A DNA stretch of 47,499 nt from an uncultured Candidatus Saccharibacteria bacterium (GTDB taxonomy: Bacteria; Patescibacteriota; Minisyncoccia; Phycocordibacterales; CAIZLB01): NCBI GenBank assembly GCA_964627085.1, contig CAZVIP010000006.1, positions 1-47,499 on the forward strand, written 5' to 3'. Both the position numbers and the translations under genes were made by a program. The notes beneath the pieces were generated by a model. That model had not been told where the DNA came from, made no database searches, and was given only the letters and a program-made list of their open reading frames with translations. Within the stretch, counting starts at the first letter, position 1. Every line of letters begins with the position of its first letter. Positions 9,248 to 19,459 of this stretch are shown piece after piece.

Positions 9248-10387
9248 CTATTTCTCGTGTGTGAGGGCGATCTTGAGTATCTCTCTTGCGATTAGCTCTG
9301 CAGAGTCTGTGCGGGCGAAGTTTTTTGCCCCTTCTGACATCTTAATGGTGAGCGCCTTGTTTGTGATAATGCGCTGTATTTCATTTACCAAAATTTCTGG
9401 TGTGAGATTTGTCTCTTCGATAACAACTGCCCCACTTTCTCTCGCATAGTTATATGAATTTTTGCGCTGATGGTCACCATTTGTATCTGTGATAGGAATC
9501 AGAATACTTGGAACTCCCCAAAGTGCGATTTCGAAAATTGTTGAACCTCCTCTTGAAATGATAAGCGATGATGCGCCTGCTGCCATTCGCATTGAGAGAG
9601 TGTTCAGATAATCGTATACGTGATAACGAGACTCGTACTGATTGTTTTCGAGGATGACATGCGCTGTGCGCTTTACTTCAATTAAATTATTTTTACCTGT
9701 CTGATGGATAATCTGATATTTATCCAAAAGTGATGGAAGTGCGGTGAGGATTGCATCATTGATAATCTTGCCTCCTTGTGAGCCTCCGAGGATGAGAAGT
9801 ACTGGCACATCTTTTTCGAGTTGTAGATATTCGAATGCTCCACTTGTGAGCGGTTCACGAATGTCTTTTCGTACAGGATTTCCGGTGTATGCAACTTTAT
9901 CTTTTGGGAAAAAGAGCGCTGCTTCTTTATATGAAAGCGCTATCTTATTTGCAAATTTCCCTGCCCAAACATTTACTCTCCCAGGCACACTGTCGGACTC
10001 GTGTACTACAACTGGTATTTTGAAAAATCTCGCAGCTACAAGTGCTGGAAAACTTCCAAATCCACCCTTTGAAAAAATGACATCGGGCATAATGAAATAC
10101 ATTTTAATTACTGCAGAAAGTATACCTATCCCCATCTTGAACAAATCAATGAAATTTCTGATTTTTGAAATACCTTTTGGATTAACCCTTCTTTTCCCTG
10201 CCATAGCACTGATATATTCGATATCGTGATCAAAAAGCTCTTGCTTATTGTATGGATCAGGTGCCATAAAATATAATTTTGGCGCTAGGATTTTTTCATG
10301 TATTGAGACTTCATTTAGTGCCTCTGCTACGGCTATGATTGGGTAAAAATGCCCACCAGTCATACCTCCTGTCATTAGAATTTTCAT
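9248..10387 (-). CDS. murG: Lipid II GlcNAc transferase MurG
   Basis: GGMTGGHFYP, KGGFGS, HESD, TGNPVR, GGSQG, SRGGSTIFE motifs. Confidence 0.95.
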   Translation of the reverse strand: MKILMTGGMTGGHFYPIIAVAEALNEVSIHEKILAPKLYFMAPDPYNKQELFDHDIEYISAMAGKRRVNPKGISKIRNFIDLFKMGIGILSAVIKMYFIMPDVIFSKGGFGSFPALVAARFFKIPVVVHESDSVPGRVNVWAGKFANKIALSYKEAALFFPKDKVAYTGNPVRKDIREPLTSGAFEYLQLEKDVPVLLILGGSQGGKIINDAILTALPSLLDKYQIIHQTGKNNLIEVKRTAHVILENNQYESRYHVYDYLNTLSMRMAAGASSLIISRGGSTIFEIALWGVPSILIPITDTNGDHQRKNSYNYARESGAVVIEETNLTPEILVNEIQRIITNKALTIKMSEGAKNFARTDSAELIAREILKIALTHEK

Positions 10388-10436
10388 ATGGTTTATTTTA
10401 TCAGGCTTATGCCTATATTCAAATGAACAAAGGATA

Positions 10437-10465
10437 TTGACAAGTTAGATAATTAAATGTACTCT
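10437..10465 (+). promoter_or_regulatory. sigma70 promoter for the counter-oriented accessory gene
   Basis: TTGACA (10437-10442), 17-nt spacer, TACTCT (10460-10465). Confidence 0.7.
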
Positions 10466-10560
10466 ATTTTTGGAAAAGAAACACTTTCTTGCTCCGAAGT
10501 TCAAAACATTCAGATAAACCGGGCTGCAAATGCCCACAACAATAGAAGGAAAAATAAAAA

Positions 10561-11169
10561 ATGAAACTATTTTTAAGTCCCGCGGATCTAAAACTCTGTC
10601 GCGACTATATTGCAGAAGTTCTCAGGCAATACACCGGGCAAGGGTCCGGGTGTGGTCTGATTAAGCTTTTTGCGCAACGAGACTCCGATACTGTTTCGAC
10701 AGGGCGCTGTGTCGTATATGCTTTAAGTGGCAATGCAGATCGGGGTGCGCATGAAATTGCACAAGCGGTAATGTTTGCAGCAAGGGCATTAGTTGATGCA
10801 GTTGGTATCAAATTTGAGTTTACCGACAAAGATGAGCAGTTAGTGATTAGTCTTCATGGAATAACTTTGACGATAGCTGATTCGAAAACCACTAGTCAAC
10901 AAGGTGTTCCTATCAAGGTTATCAAGACTGATGTAAGGTTTAACAAGGCACTTGCCGACACGTTCGCATTCTTGATCGATACAGTTGATGTGATGATATT
11001 TAAACCATCCTCTCTTATCGGCTTGTTAACAAAAGGTGTCTGCCGCGATGCTAATTCACTCGTCCTTGGTCCTGGAGACGTCGGTCCACTCAATCTGCTC
11101 GGCGCAGAGCAGCCCTCTGCTGAACCACCAAAACCTGGCGGATGGAATCCGCTTCAAGGCTCGCATTAG
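10561..11169 (+). CDS. Hypothetical protein inserted between ftsW and murG
   Basis: 202-aa ORF with its own promoter, AGAAGG upstream and a terminator downstream; no motif recognised. Confidence 0.7.
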   Translation: MKLFLSPADLKLCRDYIAEVLRQYTGQGSGCGLIKLFAQRDSDTVSTGRCVVYALSGNADRGAHEIAQAVMFAARALVDAVGIKFEFTDKDEQLVISLHGITLTIADSKTTSQQGVPIKVIKTDVRFNKALADTFAFLIDTVDVMIFKPSSLIGLLTKGVCRDANSLVLGPGDVGPLNLLGAEQPSAEPPKPGGWNPLQGSH

Positions 11170-11212
11170 TTACCTTCCTGGCACCTAGGTGCAAGTGTGA
11201 TAAAAAAGAATC

Positions 11213-11258
11213 GACCCCTCTTCCTGCCTCGCGCGTGGAAGAGGGGTTCTTTGTTTTT
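11213..11258 (+). terminator. Intrinsic terminator
   Basis: acccctcttcc / ggaagaggggt stem followed by tctttgttttt. Confidence 0.8.
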
Positions 11259-11330
11259 GGGTTGATTAAATAATCGCCAAATAGTTAAGTGGTGAAAAAA
11301 CCTTGTTAAGGTTTGGTCGAGCTACAAATA

Positions 11331-12440
11331 CTAGCTACTCTTTTTCTTAACTTGGAATTTAGAAACATTCAAAATAATTCCGACAGATGCAAGTGTGAAG
11401 AACATCGCAGTTCCTCCATGACTGATAAACAAAAGTGGTGTGCCGGATAGTGGAATAATGGCAAGCATGGCGGCAATATTTAAAAATGATTGAGTGATGA
11501 TGAGGGTTATAATTCCGACTACAAGTAACATACTAAAAATATCTGGCGAGTACTTTGCAATTTTTAATCCTCTAAATGCAAAAAGTAAAAAGAGAGTAAT
11601 GATAACGAGTGAACCAACAAAACCGAACTCTTCTGCCGCTACTGCAAAAATTGAGTCACCGATTGGCTCTGGGAGGAAATTAAATTTTTGAATACTTTGT
11701 CCAAACCCTCTACCAGTAAGACCCCCTGATCCAATCGCAATAAGTGACTGTTGAATTTGATAACTACTACCAGTCGGGTCCTTTGATGGGTCTATGAATG
11801 ACTGAATACGATTCATTAGATATGGTCTCTGGAATACAAGCGCTGTGAGGCCAAGGATACCGATGAGGCCCATGATAAGCATGTCCCTCCACTTTCCGCC
11901 CGCGGTAATGTAAACTGCAATTCCTGCGAGTACAACCACCATGAATGTGTCGGTGTCAGGTTGTTTGAGGATCAAGGCTGCTGATAATCCAACGAGAATG
12001 ATAAAAGGCAAAGTGCCTAATTTCCATGTGATTACTTTATTCTTGATACCTGCATACCAACATGCGAGATACATGATAAAACCAAGCTTATAAAATTCAG
12101 CTGGTTGTAAACTGAAACCACCAAGGCTGAGCCATCTGCATGCGCCTTTTGTACAAATACCAAGCGGTGTCCATACAAGTGTCATCAGGACAAAAGATGC
12201 AATAAGAATGTAGAAAGCATTCTTTCTCCAAAATGCATATGGAATACGTGAGGTGATAAACATGGCTGTGAGACCTCCTCCAAGACCCAGGACAATTTGA
12301 TTGAAAAGCACAGCCTGGTACTTCCCTTCGCCGTATACTTTCGCCAATAAACCAAGTGATGCAGAAGAAAAGATAAAAAATCCCAATATAATGAGCGCAA
12401 ACGTTAATATGAGGAATGTTTTATCGACTTTCTTTTTCAT
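11331..12440 (-). CDS. ftsW: SEDS family peptidoglycan glycosyltransferase FtsW
   Basis: GACRWL..GGFSLQPAEF, QPD, YQIQQSLIAIGSGG, LPE..DSIFA...EEFG, PLLFISHGG; lies between mraY and murG. Confidence 0.9.
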   Translation of the reverse strand: MKKKVDKTFLILTFALIILGFFIFSSASLGLLAKVYGEGKYQAVLFNQIVLGLGGGLTAMFITSRIPYAFWRKNAFYILIASFVLMTLVWTPLGICTKGACRWLSLGGFSLQPAEFYKLGFIMYLACWYAGIKNKVITWKLGTLPFIILVGLSAALILKQPDTDTFMVVVLAGIAVYITAGGKWRDMLIMGLIGILGLTALVFQRPYLMNRIQSFIDPSKDPTGSSYQIQQSLIAIGSGGLTGRGFGQSIQKFNFLPEPIGDSIFAVAAEEFGFVGSLVIITLFLLFAFRGLKIAKYSPDIFSMLLVVGIITLIITQSFLNIAAMLAIIPLSGTPLLFISHGGTAMFFTLASVGIILNVSKFQVKKKSS

Positions 12441-12453
12441 TGTGCAAATGTAT

Positions 12454-13521
12454 CTATCCTAGTATAGCAATAACTGTCCCGAGTACACCGCAAATAACTG
12501 ATAATACCCAATATCGCATTGTTACTTTATATGATGGCCAGCCAAGTGCTTCGAAGTGGTGATGAAGTGGCGCGATTTTGAATACTTTTTTTCCAAAATA
12601 TTTTTTCGAAAACATTTGTATACTGGATGAAAGAGACGTCAGCACAAGCGGTAATGCAATAATTGGAAGGACCAAAACCTGTCCGGTCAAAAAGGCCACA
12701 ATAGACAGCGTAACTGTGAGTCCAAGCATACCTGTCTCAGACAAATAATATCTTGCCGGTGGAATATTAAACCAAAGAAAAGCCAGTGTCCCACCAATAA
12801 TAGTTGCGCAGAGTGCAGCAATATCGTATTGCTGTTGTTCAAACGCAATCATGGCATATGCACCAAAGGCTGATGCCATTACACCTGCAGCCAAGCCATC
12901 AATACCATCAATGACTGAACCCGAAAAAGTCCCAAGCATGACAAGTATAAAGAAAGGTACAAAGAATAAGCCGAGCCAAATATCGCCATAGAATGGTACA
13001 TGTATATTAAGATATTCGAGTTTGACATAAAACCACCATGCACCAATTGCACCAATTAGGACCACAACAAGAAGCCTCAGTCTTCGTGAGATCCCGTCAC
13101 TGTAATTTTGGTTTTTAAATTTACTACCATATATTTGCAATAGGTCATCTACAAGTCCAATTAGTGAAGCAAAAATAAGTGCAGCAAGGGGCAGTATTGT
13201 TTGGCTTCTACTTAAGAAATTCAATTTGAGTGTTGCATTGCTTGGGAATATAAATGAAAGGACCGCAAAAATCGCCACAGTTAGAATAACTGAAAACCAC
13301 ACTATAACACCGCCGACTCGAGGTGTATTTTTCTCACCGTGCTCATTGTGAATCTTTTTGAAAGCTTCAGACATCTGCTCTGTATTTTCTGTGCTACGAG
13401 AATTTCTTTTCCACATGCGGTATTTATACATGTACTTTGTGAGCCATGTCGTAAGTAAAAGCCCTACAATGAATGAAATTATTGCAGGTAGGAGTACTTT
13501 AATTGCGGTTGAGGTAATCAT
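12454..13521 (-). CDS. mraY: Phospho-MurNAc-pentapeptide transferase
   Basis: TPRVGG, GLVDD, DGIDGLA, FLWFNIPPA, APLHHHFE. Confidence 0.95.
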   Translation of the reverse strand: MITSTAIKVLLPAIISFIVGLLLTTWLTKYMYKYRMWKRNSRSTENTEQMSEAFKKIHNEHGEKNTPRVGGVIVWFSVILTVAIFAVLSFIFPSNATLKLNFLSRSQTILPLAALIFASLIGLVDDLLQIYGSKFKNQNYSDGISRRLRLLVVVLIGAIGAWWFYVKLEYLNIHVPFYGDIWLGLFFVPFFILVMLGTFSGSVIDGIDGLAAGVMASAFGAYAMIAFEQQQYDIAALCATIIGGTLAFLWFNIPPARYYLSETGMLGLTVTLSIVAFLTGQVLVLPIIALPLVLTSLSSSIQMFSKKYFGKKVFKIAPLHHHFEALGWPSYKVTMRYWVLSVICGVLGTVIAILG

Positions 13522-13538
13522 ATCTTTACTATATCAAA

Positions 13539-14681
13539 CTAAATCTCGGTTGCTAAGTAGAGTGCATCATCAAATCTACCATCTATTGTCGAACCGAGCA
13601 CGATGACACTGTAGTACGCGCCATTTTTGTTAATAACTAGGGCCAAATTTCCTCCAGCGTCATCTGTAAATCCAGTTTTACCAAGGACTATGCCGTCGAT
13701 TTTAGATAGCAAAATATTTGTATTTTTAATTTCAATCTTTTCATTTTTATCCACAGTGATATATGCGGTATCGGCTTGTGTAGCTACGGCCAGTTTTGGA
13801 TATACAGTCAGGATTGTCTCCATAATTTTTGAAACATCTTTTGCACTTGCCTCAGAGTTTTTTGCTGTACTAGAGGTGTTTGAGATTGCGGATTTTGTTG
13901 CAGGGCTTACGACTGTACTTGCAATAGTTTGCTTGTTATTTTGATTTGTTTTTTTCTTTGTTTCCTCCCCGACTGGTAGTCCAACACTATCAACGAAGTT
14001 TGCATTTTCGAGGCCGATTTTCTTTGCACTAAAATTCATATAGGCGATGAAACTTGGATATGGAATCATTTCATGAGAAAGCGAATGTGCGGCAAAATTT
14101 GAAGAAGAAAGTAGCATATATGACACAAGGTCGGATATATTCATATAACCACCTGCAGCGACTGATCTGTCGGCTTTGGTCAAAGTCTCGCCATTTGAAG
14201 TCAGCTTAATTTTACTAGGAATTGATTTCCAGTTTTTCTGAATTTCGGCGACAGTGACTGCTGTCATTAGTTTTGTGAGTGATGCGAGTGGTGCTTTTTT
14301 GTCGGCCTCTTTCTCAAAAAGAATTTCTCCTGTAGAAATATTTTTAACCAAAACACTTCTCGCCTTGATTCTGGCCGGGTCAACAATATATGTGAGTTTC
14401 TCTTGTGCGATCACATTTCCGGTTTGCAAATAATTACTGAAACTAAAACTATTCAGTGCAAAAGATAGGATATTGTTTTTGTCTACCTGTGGAAGTATGG
14501 CGGATATTTTCTTTGCTCCCGTATTCTGGCTTGAACCTGCGATCTGCGCTGCTGAAGTTCCACTATTGAATGGCGCAAAAAATAGTACAGATAAAAATGA
14601 AGCACAAAATACGAGTGCCCCAAGCGCGATTACTATTTTTTTGTTTTGGATATTATTCATCTTGTTGTTTTTCTTCCTCAT
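13539..14681 (-). CDS. D-alanyl-D-alanine carboxypeptidase (peptidase S11); start may be ATG at 14660
   Basis: N-terminal TM; SxxK (ASLTKLMT), SxN (SSN), KTG (GKTGFT). Confidence 0.9.
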   Translation of the reverse strand: MRKKNNKMNNIQNKKIVIALGALVFCASFLSVLFFAPFNSGTSAAQIAGSSQNTGAKKISAILPQVDKNNILSFALNSFSFSNYLQTGNVIAQEKLTYIVDPARIKARSVLVKNISTGEILFEKEADKKAPLASLTKLMTAVTVAEIQKNWKSIPSKIKLTSNGETLTKADRSVAAGGYMNISDLVSYMLLSSSNFAAHSLSHEMIPYPSFIAYMNFSAKKIGLENANFVDSVGLPVGEETKKKTNQNNKQTIASTVVSPATKSAISNTSSTAKNSEASAKDVSKIMETILTVYPKLAVATQADTAYITVDKNEKIEIKNTNILLSKIDGIVLGKTGFTDDAGGNLALVINKNGAYYSVIVLGSTIDGRFDDALYLATEI

Positions 14682-15429
14682 CAGTAGCCACTACGGTAGC
14701 TTCCATGAGATCTGATTCACTCGCAGTTTGATTCAAGGGCTCTATCTCAGTATCAGCGTCTGCTTGTATGATATCTGCATGAGCAATATTATCACTTGTG
14801 TTCTTGGTCTCTTCCTCGGTAACTACACTAGCTTCGGCTACGGCACCAACTGTACCCTCCTCTACACTATCATTTGATTTAAATTCTAGAATTGCGTTTT
14901 TAACATGTTCAAAATCTTCAAGTTCTGATACATGTGTAATACCAAGGAAACGCAATAGTTCAAGTGATGGTGTATACACTGAAGTTCTGCTGTCTGTTTT
15001 GTCTGCTTTTCTTTCGACCAAGCCTCTAATCAATAAATTTCGAAGAATGAAATTTGAGTTCACTCCACGGATATAATCAATCTCTGTTCTGCGGATTGGT
15101 CCCTGGTATAAAATAATGGCCAAAGTTTCGAGACTTGCTTTACCAAGATCTTTTGACAATTCTTCGGTGCGAACTTTTTCGATTAACTTTGCAGATTCTG
15201 GGTTTGTGCCAAGTGTATATTCATTGTCATGTTCAATAAGTACGATGCCACGACTGCCCAATTTGGTTTTCAGAGATTTAAGCGCTGTCTCAATTTCTGG
15301 TTTTTCTGCCCCTGTAATTTTGGCAATTGCAGAAATAGACATCGGATCACCTCGCCAAAACAAAACAGCCTCTATATGTTCCTCAAGGCCATATGACCAC
15401 GTATTTTGGTTGTTGGGGTTTGTGTCCAT
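14653..15429 (-). CDS. scpB: SMC-Scp complex subunit ScpB with acidic tail
   Basis: IEAVLF, ASLETLAIILY.GP, EIDYIRGVNS. Confidence 0.95.
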   Translation of the reverse strand: MDTNPNNQNTWSYGLEEHIEAVLFWRGDPMSISAIAKITGAEKPEIETALKSLKTKLGSRGIVLIEHDNEYTLGTNPESAKLIEKVRTEELSKDLGKASLETLAIILYQGPIRRTEIDYIRGVNSNFILRNLLIRGLVERKADKTDSRTSVYTPSLELLRFLGITHVSELEDFEHVKNAILEFKSNDSVEEGTVGAVAEASVVTEEETKNTSDNIAHADIIQADADTEIEPLNQTASESDLMEATVVATDEEEKQQDE

Positions 15430-15443
15430 TTGTCTTTATTATA

Positions 15444-16337
15444 CTAATTATAATGAGGTACGCCTAGCTCATATTTTTCCATTTCAATCTCATCAAATAG
15501 AGCGTCTTGCTTCACATCAATCGATCCTTGTTTTACAAGTTCGAGCATCGCAAGGAAACTGACAATAACAAGAACACGCTCCTCACGAGTAGGTACATTT
15601 AATCTAGAGCCATTACCGATTCCGCCCGAAGTTCTCGATTTGCTGAAATCTCGAAATGACATCTTCATTGCATCCTGTATTCTGCCAGCAAGTCGGTCCA
15701 TCATTTCCTCGAGACTGATGACTTTTTTGACAATAGCTTTTTGTTCGATAGTCTTTTTGGGCAAAGCGTTCAAGACATGTAAGATAGATTCCTTGAGTGA
15801 TGCGGAGTTAATGTCTTTGCTCGGTGCGAAGATTTTAATGACCTCATCTAGGTCACCTCTTTCAAATATTTTTTGTGTACCGAATCTCTGCTTCACCACA
15901 ACAGACTGCTTGCGCATAAGCTCAAGAATTTTCAATCTAGATTCGAGGTCTTTGATATCGCCTTCTTCGTCTTTGGTGAGTTCGAGTGTTGGAAGAAGTG
16001 ATTTCGCTTTTATCAATAAAAGCGTAGAAGCAATCAAAATAAATTGAGCGCGGTGTTTCAGTGAATATTCAGGCAAGCTATTGATATGCTCTATGTATTC
16101 ATCAGTCACCTTCGAGAGTGCGATATCGTTTACGAGGAGTTTTCTTTTTTCAATCAAATTCAAAAGCAGATCAAGTGGACCTTCAAATACAGGCGTTTTG
16201 AACTGCAATTGACCATCGACATGCATGGCGCGATATTCCTCCCTCTCAGAAAAAGTAGGAAGTGTATTGTCGTCCCCTATATTTGTGTGGGTAGGGTCGA
16301 TTTGTGTTTGGTCTTGATTCGAGTGAGTACCTGACAT
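15444..16337 (-). CDS. scpA: Segregation and condensation protein A (kleisin)
   Basis: FEGPLDLLLNLI, ASTLLLIKAKSLLP, VSFLAMLELVK. Confidence 0.95.
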   Translation of the reverse strand: MSGTHSNQDQTQIDPTHTNIGDDNTLPTFSEREEYRAMHVDGQLQFKTPVFEGPLDLLLNLIEKRKLLVNDIALSKVTDEYIEHINSLPEYSLKHRAQFILIASTLLLIKAKSLLPTLELTKDEEGDIKDLESRLKILELMRKQSVVVKQRFGTQKIFERGDLDEVIKIFAPSKDINSASLKESILHVLNALPKKTIEQKAIVKKVISLEEMMDRLAGRIQDAMKMSFRDFSKSRTSGGIGNGSRLNVPTREERVLVIVSFLAMLELVKQGSIDVKQDALFDEIEMEKYELGVPHYN

Positions 16338-16438
16338 AGGTTCTATTATATGATTTTTAACGGGTAAATGACAGTGTTTATATCTGTGAATTGGGGTCTA
16401 TTTAGTGTTTAAATCTACCCCGTAAAATAACGACAAAA

Positions 16439-16467
16439 TTGACAGACTACACTATTAATGTTACCGT
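16439..16467 (+). promoter_or_regulatory. sigma70 promoter for the counter-oriented accessory gene
   Basis: TTGACA (16439-16444), 17-nt spacer, TGt-TACCGT. Confidence 0.65.
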
Positions 16468-16601
16468 TTTAAACGGAAAATACGTCAACAAAAGTTGAAC
16501 ACTGATAAACGCATGTCGACACATGCAGATGTAGTTTGAGATAAATATCATGTGCACGTTTGCATATGTATCGAAAAACACGTATTACCAAAATCTGTTC
16601 T

Positions 16602-17096
16602 ATGAAAGTTAATATTTTATTCAATGTATCAATTGCCACCGATGAAACCGGCGGTTTACGTGAAGAAAAAGAGCGTGGCAATATCAAATTTGTGATGGAA
16701 ACATCTATGAATGCCCTGCCCTCTGTTGGTGGGTATCTGTTGGTTCCTGCTTGTAGTGGCGATAGAGAATATTTTGAAAGATTTGGGTGGGCCGAAGGTT
16801 CGCCTGAATTTTCACATTTTCAGGTATTGGCTATTCACTCCAAGCTAGTCTCGCCAGGTCTGTTTATACCAGTCGTTGAAATTGATTATTTTGTTGTCAA
16901 CTTTGGTGTCTGGACTGAATTCATCTGGCGAATGCGAACGATGGCCTTGCCGGGCACTCTCCATGTTGGATGTTATTTCGCATACCTTCTTGGCCTGACG
17001 GAAGAACATGAAAAGAAGCTGCTCCAAGTTGATACAACTGAAGGTGACCCAATTATCCATGCAATTGAATCAACGATTTACGATGAAGCTGCTTAA
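16602..17096 (+). CDS. Hypothetical protein (start uncertain, 16560-16602)
   Basis: Open frame between a promoter and a strong terminator; no motif recognised. Confidence 0.65.
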   Translation: MKVNILFNVSIATDETGGLREEKERGNIKFVMETSMNALPSVGGYLLVPACSGDREYFERFGWAEGSPEFSHFQVLAIHSKLVSPGLFIPVVEIDYFVVNFGVWTEFIWRMRTMALPGTLHVGCYFAYLLGLTEEHEKKLLQVDTTEGDPIIHAIESTIYDEAA

Positions 17097-17151
17097 CCAT
17101 ATCTCAAACTAGTTTCTCGTCAGGCTACAGCAAATCATCAAAACAGTTACA

Positions 17152-17189
17152 ACACCCTGTTCTCTTCGGAGGACAGGGTGTAACTTTTT
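17152..17189 (+). terminator. Intrinsic terminator between convergent genes
   Basis: acaccctgttctc-TTCG-gaggacagggtgt with C(UUCG)G loop, then aacttttt. Confidence 0.85.
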
Positions 17190-17214
17190 ACTTATTTTGT
17201 TTTAAATCAGCTTT

Positions 17215-17751
17215 CTACTTAGAAACCACGCTTTCCGCTTTTGGTTCTGCGTCAATGAATTTCTTTGTGACATGCCAAAATACATAGATTGAGATAAGTC
17301 CTCCGATGAGTGTATATGCGTAAATTGACTGGTTACCCATAGCATTTGTCGTGGTAACCAAAAAGTCTTCTTGTTCTGGGCCGGGTATATTTGAGACTTT
17401 GCCCATAGTTGTAATTACAGATAGTAGCAGTAATGCAATTCTGGTATAAAGAGAATTCTGCACAATCACTGCATTACTCTTTGCTACATATTTTTTTGAT
17501 AGATCAATAACTGACCATTTTGCGCCTAGATATGTAGAGACTGGTCCAACTATCAACAAAGAGAAAATCAAGAATGTATAGAAGCCCCCTGGAAGCAAAG
17601 GTGATAAACCAGTAAATGTGGCGCCAAGCACGAGGATAAACGAAAATACAGCACTGAGGATATATGAAAGTATTGCAGAAACAATTATATGTCTGATAAT
17701 GAATCCCCAATCTGAAGTCACTTTTTTAACTTTAATTGTATTTGTTGTCAT
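17215..17751 (-). CDS. Hypothetical multi-pass membrane protein
   Basis: About 4 hydrophobic segments; starts 10 nt after the aspS stop. Confidence 0.75.
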   Translation of the reverse strand: MTTNTIKVKKVTSDWGFIIRHIIVSAILSYILSAVFSFILVLGATFTGLSPLLPGGFYTFLIFSLLIVGPVSTYLGAKWSVIDLSKKYVAKSNAVIVQNSLYTRIALLLLSVITTMGKVSNIPGPEQEDFLVTTTNAMGNQSIYAYTLIGGLISIYVFWHVTKKFIDAEPKAESVVSK

Positions 17752-17761
17752 ATGGTTTTTT

Positions 17762-19216
17762 TTACTCAGCTTTCTTCTGAACAGAGATACCGAGCTCGAA
17801 TAGTTGTTCTGTACTTACTTCAGATGGCGAAACCATCATTGGATCACGTCCCTCACCTGTTTTTGGGAATGGCATCACTTCTCGGATATTTGGTTCATTC
17901 TCGAGGAGCATGATGAGTCGGTCAAAACCCCAAGCAATCCCGCCGTGTGGAGGTGTACCAGATTTGAATGCATGGAGCATGTGGCTAAAGTTTTTTTCTA
18001 CAGCCTCTTTCTCATATCCAAGAATTTCAAAAACTTTGAGTAATGATTCAGGTTGGTGGTTTCGAATACTTCCGCCTCCAATTTCAAAGCCATTGAGTAC
18101 AATGTCGTATTGTGCCGCGAGGATTTTCTCTAGGTCTTTGTCAGTTCGATTTGCAGATGCAAGTGTTTCTCTGTGTGCTGGTTGTGCCGCTGAAAATGGA
18201 TTATGTGTAAATGTCCATCCAGATTGTGGAAGTCCGTCTGCACCCTTTACTACCTGTTTATCATCTTTTTCAAAGAATGGAAAATCGACAACCCAGCAAA
18301 ATGCGAGGAGGTCTGGATTGTTTTTGTCTTCACCTTCTCTGATATCGGGTCTATCATTGCCGTATTTTGACATTGCTTCTGCATATGGGATTCGTGGGAA
18401 TGGTATTTGAGCGATTTTTTTATGTGGGTAAAGAGTTGCCACTGTCTCAATCAAAAGTTTCTCAGTGAGAGCCATGATGTCTTCTTGTTCAACGAAACTC
18501 ATTTCCATGTCGAGCTGAGTGAATTCCGGCTGTCTGTCCCCACGTGTGTCCTCATCTCGCATACATTTTGCAAACTGGAAATATTTTTCAAAACCCGCAG
18601 TCATGAGAAGTTGTTTGTACTGCTGTGGTGATTGTGGAAGTGCATAAAAAGCACCTCTCTCAAGTCTTGATGGAACGATGAAATCTCTCGCGCCTTCCGG
18701 TGTTGATTTTGTAAGGAGAGGTGTTTCGATTTCGGTGAAGCCCTCTTTATCCAAAAGATCACGTACAAGTTTTGTTACCCTGTATCTGTTCTTGATGTTT
18801 TTGTTTAGTCGTGCATTTCGTAAATCAAGATATCGGTACTTGAGTCTAGTCTCTTCTCCGACTTCGCGTGTATCGCTATGTAATTCATATGGAGGTGTTT
18901 CTGATTCATTGAGGACTTTGATATCGAGCACTTCGAGCTCGATTGCGCCATTTTGTTTATCAGCTTGCACATTTCTCTCTGGGCGCGCATTAACCTTACC
19001 TTTCACTTCAACAACCCATTCATCGCGAAGTGATTTAACAGTTTCTTTGAGCTCATCGCTGACGCCCGGGAGTACGACACCTTGTACGAGTCCTGTCTTG
19101 TCTCTAAATTCAAAAAACACAAGTTTACCTTGATCACGTCTAACATGTATCCAGCCTTTGATCAATACTTCGTTCCCTGTCTCTGTGTTTAAATTTTCGA
19201 TATATATTCTTTTCAT
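17762..19216 (-). CDS. aspS: Aspartate--tRNA ligase, short bacterial type lacking the GAD insertion domain
   Basis: RRDQG, RLKYRYLDLR, STPEGARDF, LPQSPQ, RDED.R.DRQPEFTQLD, GGGSIR, PPHGGIA.G.DR. Confidence 0.95.
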   Translation of the reverse strand: MKRIYIENLNTETGNEVLIKGWIHVRRDQGKLVFFEFRDKTGLVQGVVLPGVSDELKETVKSLRDEWVVEVKGKVNARPERNVQADKQNGAIELEVLDIKVLNESETPPYELHSDTREVGEETRLKYRYLDLRNARLNKNIKNRYRVTKLVRDLLDKEGFTEIETPLLTKSTPEGARDFIVPSRLERGAFYALPQSPQQYKQLLMTAGFEKYFQFAKCMRDEDTRGDRQPEFTQLDMEMSFVEQEDIMALTEKLLIETVATLYPHKKIAQIPFPRIPYAEAMSKYGNDRPDIREGEDKNNPDLLAFCWVVDFPFFEKDDKQVVKGADGLPQSGWTFTHNPFSAAQPAHRETLASANRTDKDLEKILAAQYDIVLNGFEIGGGSIRNHQPESLLKVFEILGYEKEAVEKNFSHMLHAFKSGTPPHGGIAWGFDRLIMLLENEPNIREVMPFPKTGEGRDPMMVSPSEVSTEQLFELGISVQKKAE

Positions 19217-19231
19217 ATTTGTAAAAATTTT

Positions 19232-19453
19232 ATAAATAAAATCGCCCCTGCGAACCTGTTTGAATAATCAAAAGTTGATTAGTCTATAGATTCGCAGGGG
19301 CGATTGTGGTCGCGGTGCCACCCTGTTTTTTGCTTATGTATGCATGTCGGAGCATATGCAGGATATCGGGTCCGGAGGGTTCTACTTGTACGGCTTTGTA
19401 GGGCCATATTTTCTTCCCTCTACCTCGCCAGTGTCAGCTGGGTTGTTGGTATG
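19232..19453 (-). promoter_or_regulatory. T-box riboswitch (Asp, GAC specifier) with intrinsic terminator
   Basis: CAGGG-UGGCACC-GCG T-box (19325-19311) pairing with CGC-CCCUG (19302-19295); competing 15-bp terminator stem with U-rich tail; GAC in a short 5' hairpin; upstream of aspS. Confidence 0.88.
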
Positions 19454-19459
19454 TATACA

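Noticed and set aside
16491-16503. 13-mer aaagttgaacact repeated at 45051 (partial reverse copy near 25856)
   Set aside because: Short, AT-rich and in inconsistent positions relative to genes; compatible with chance.
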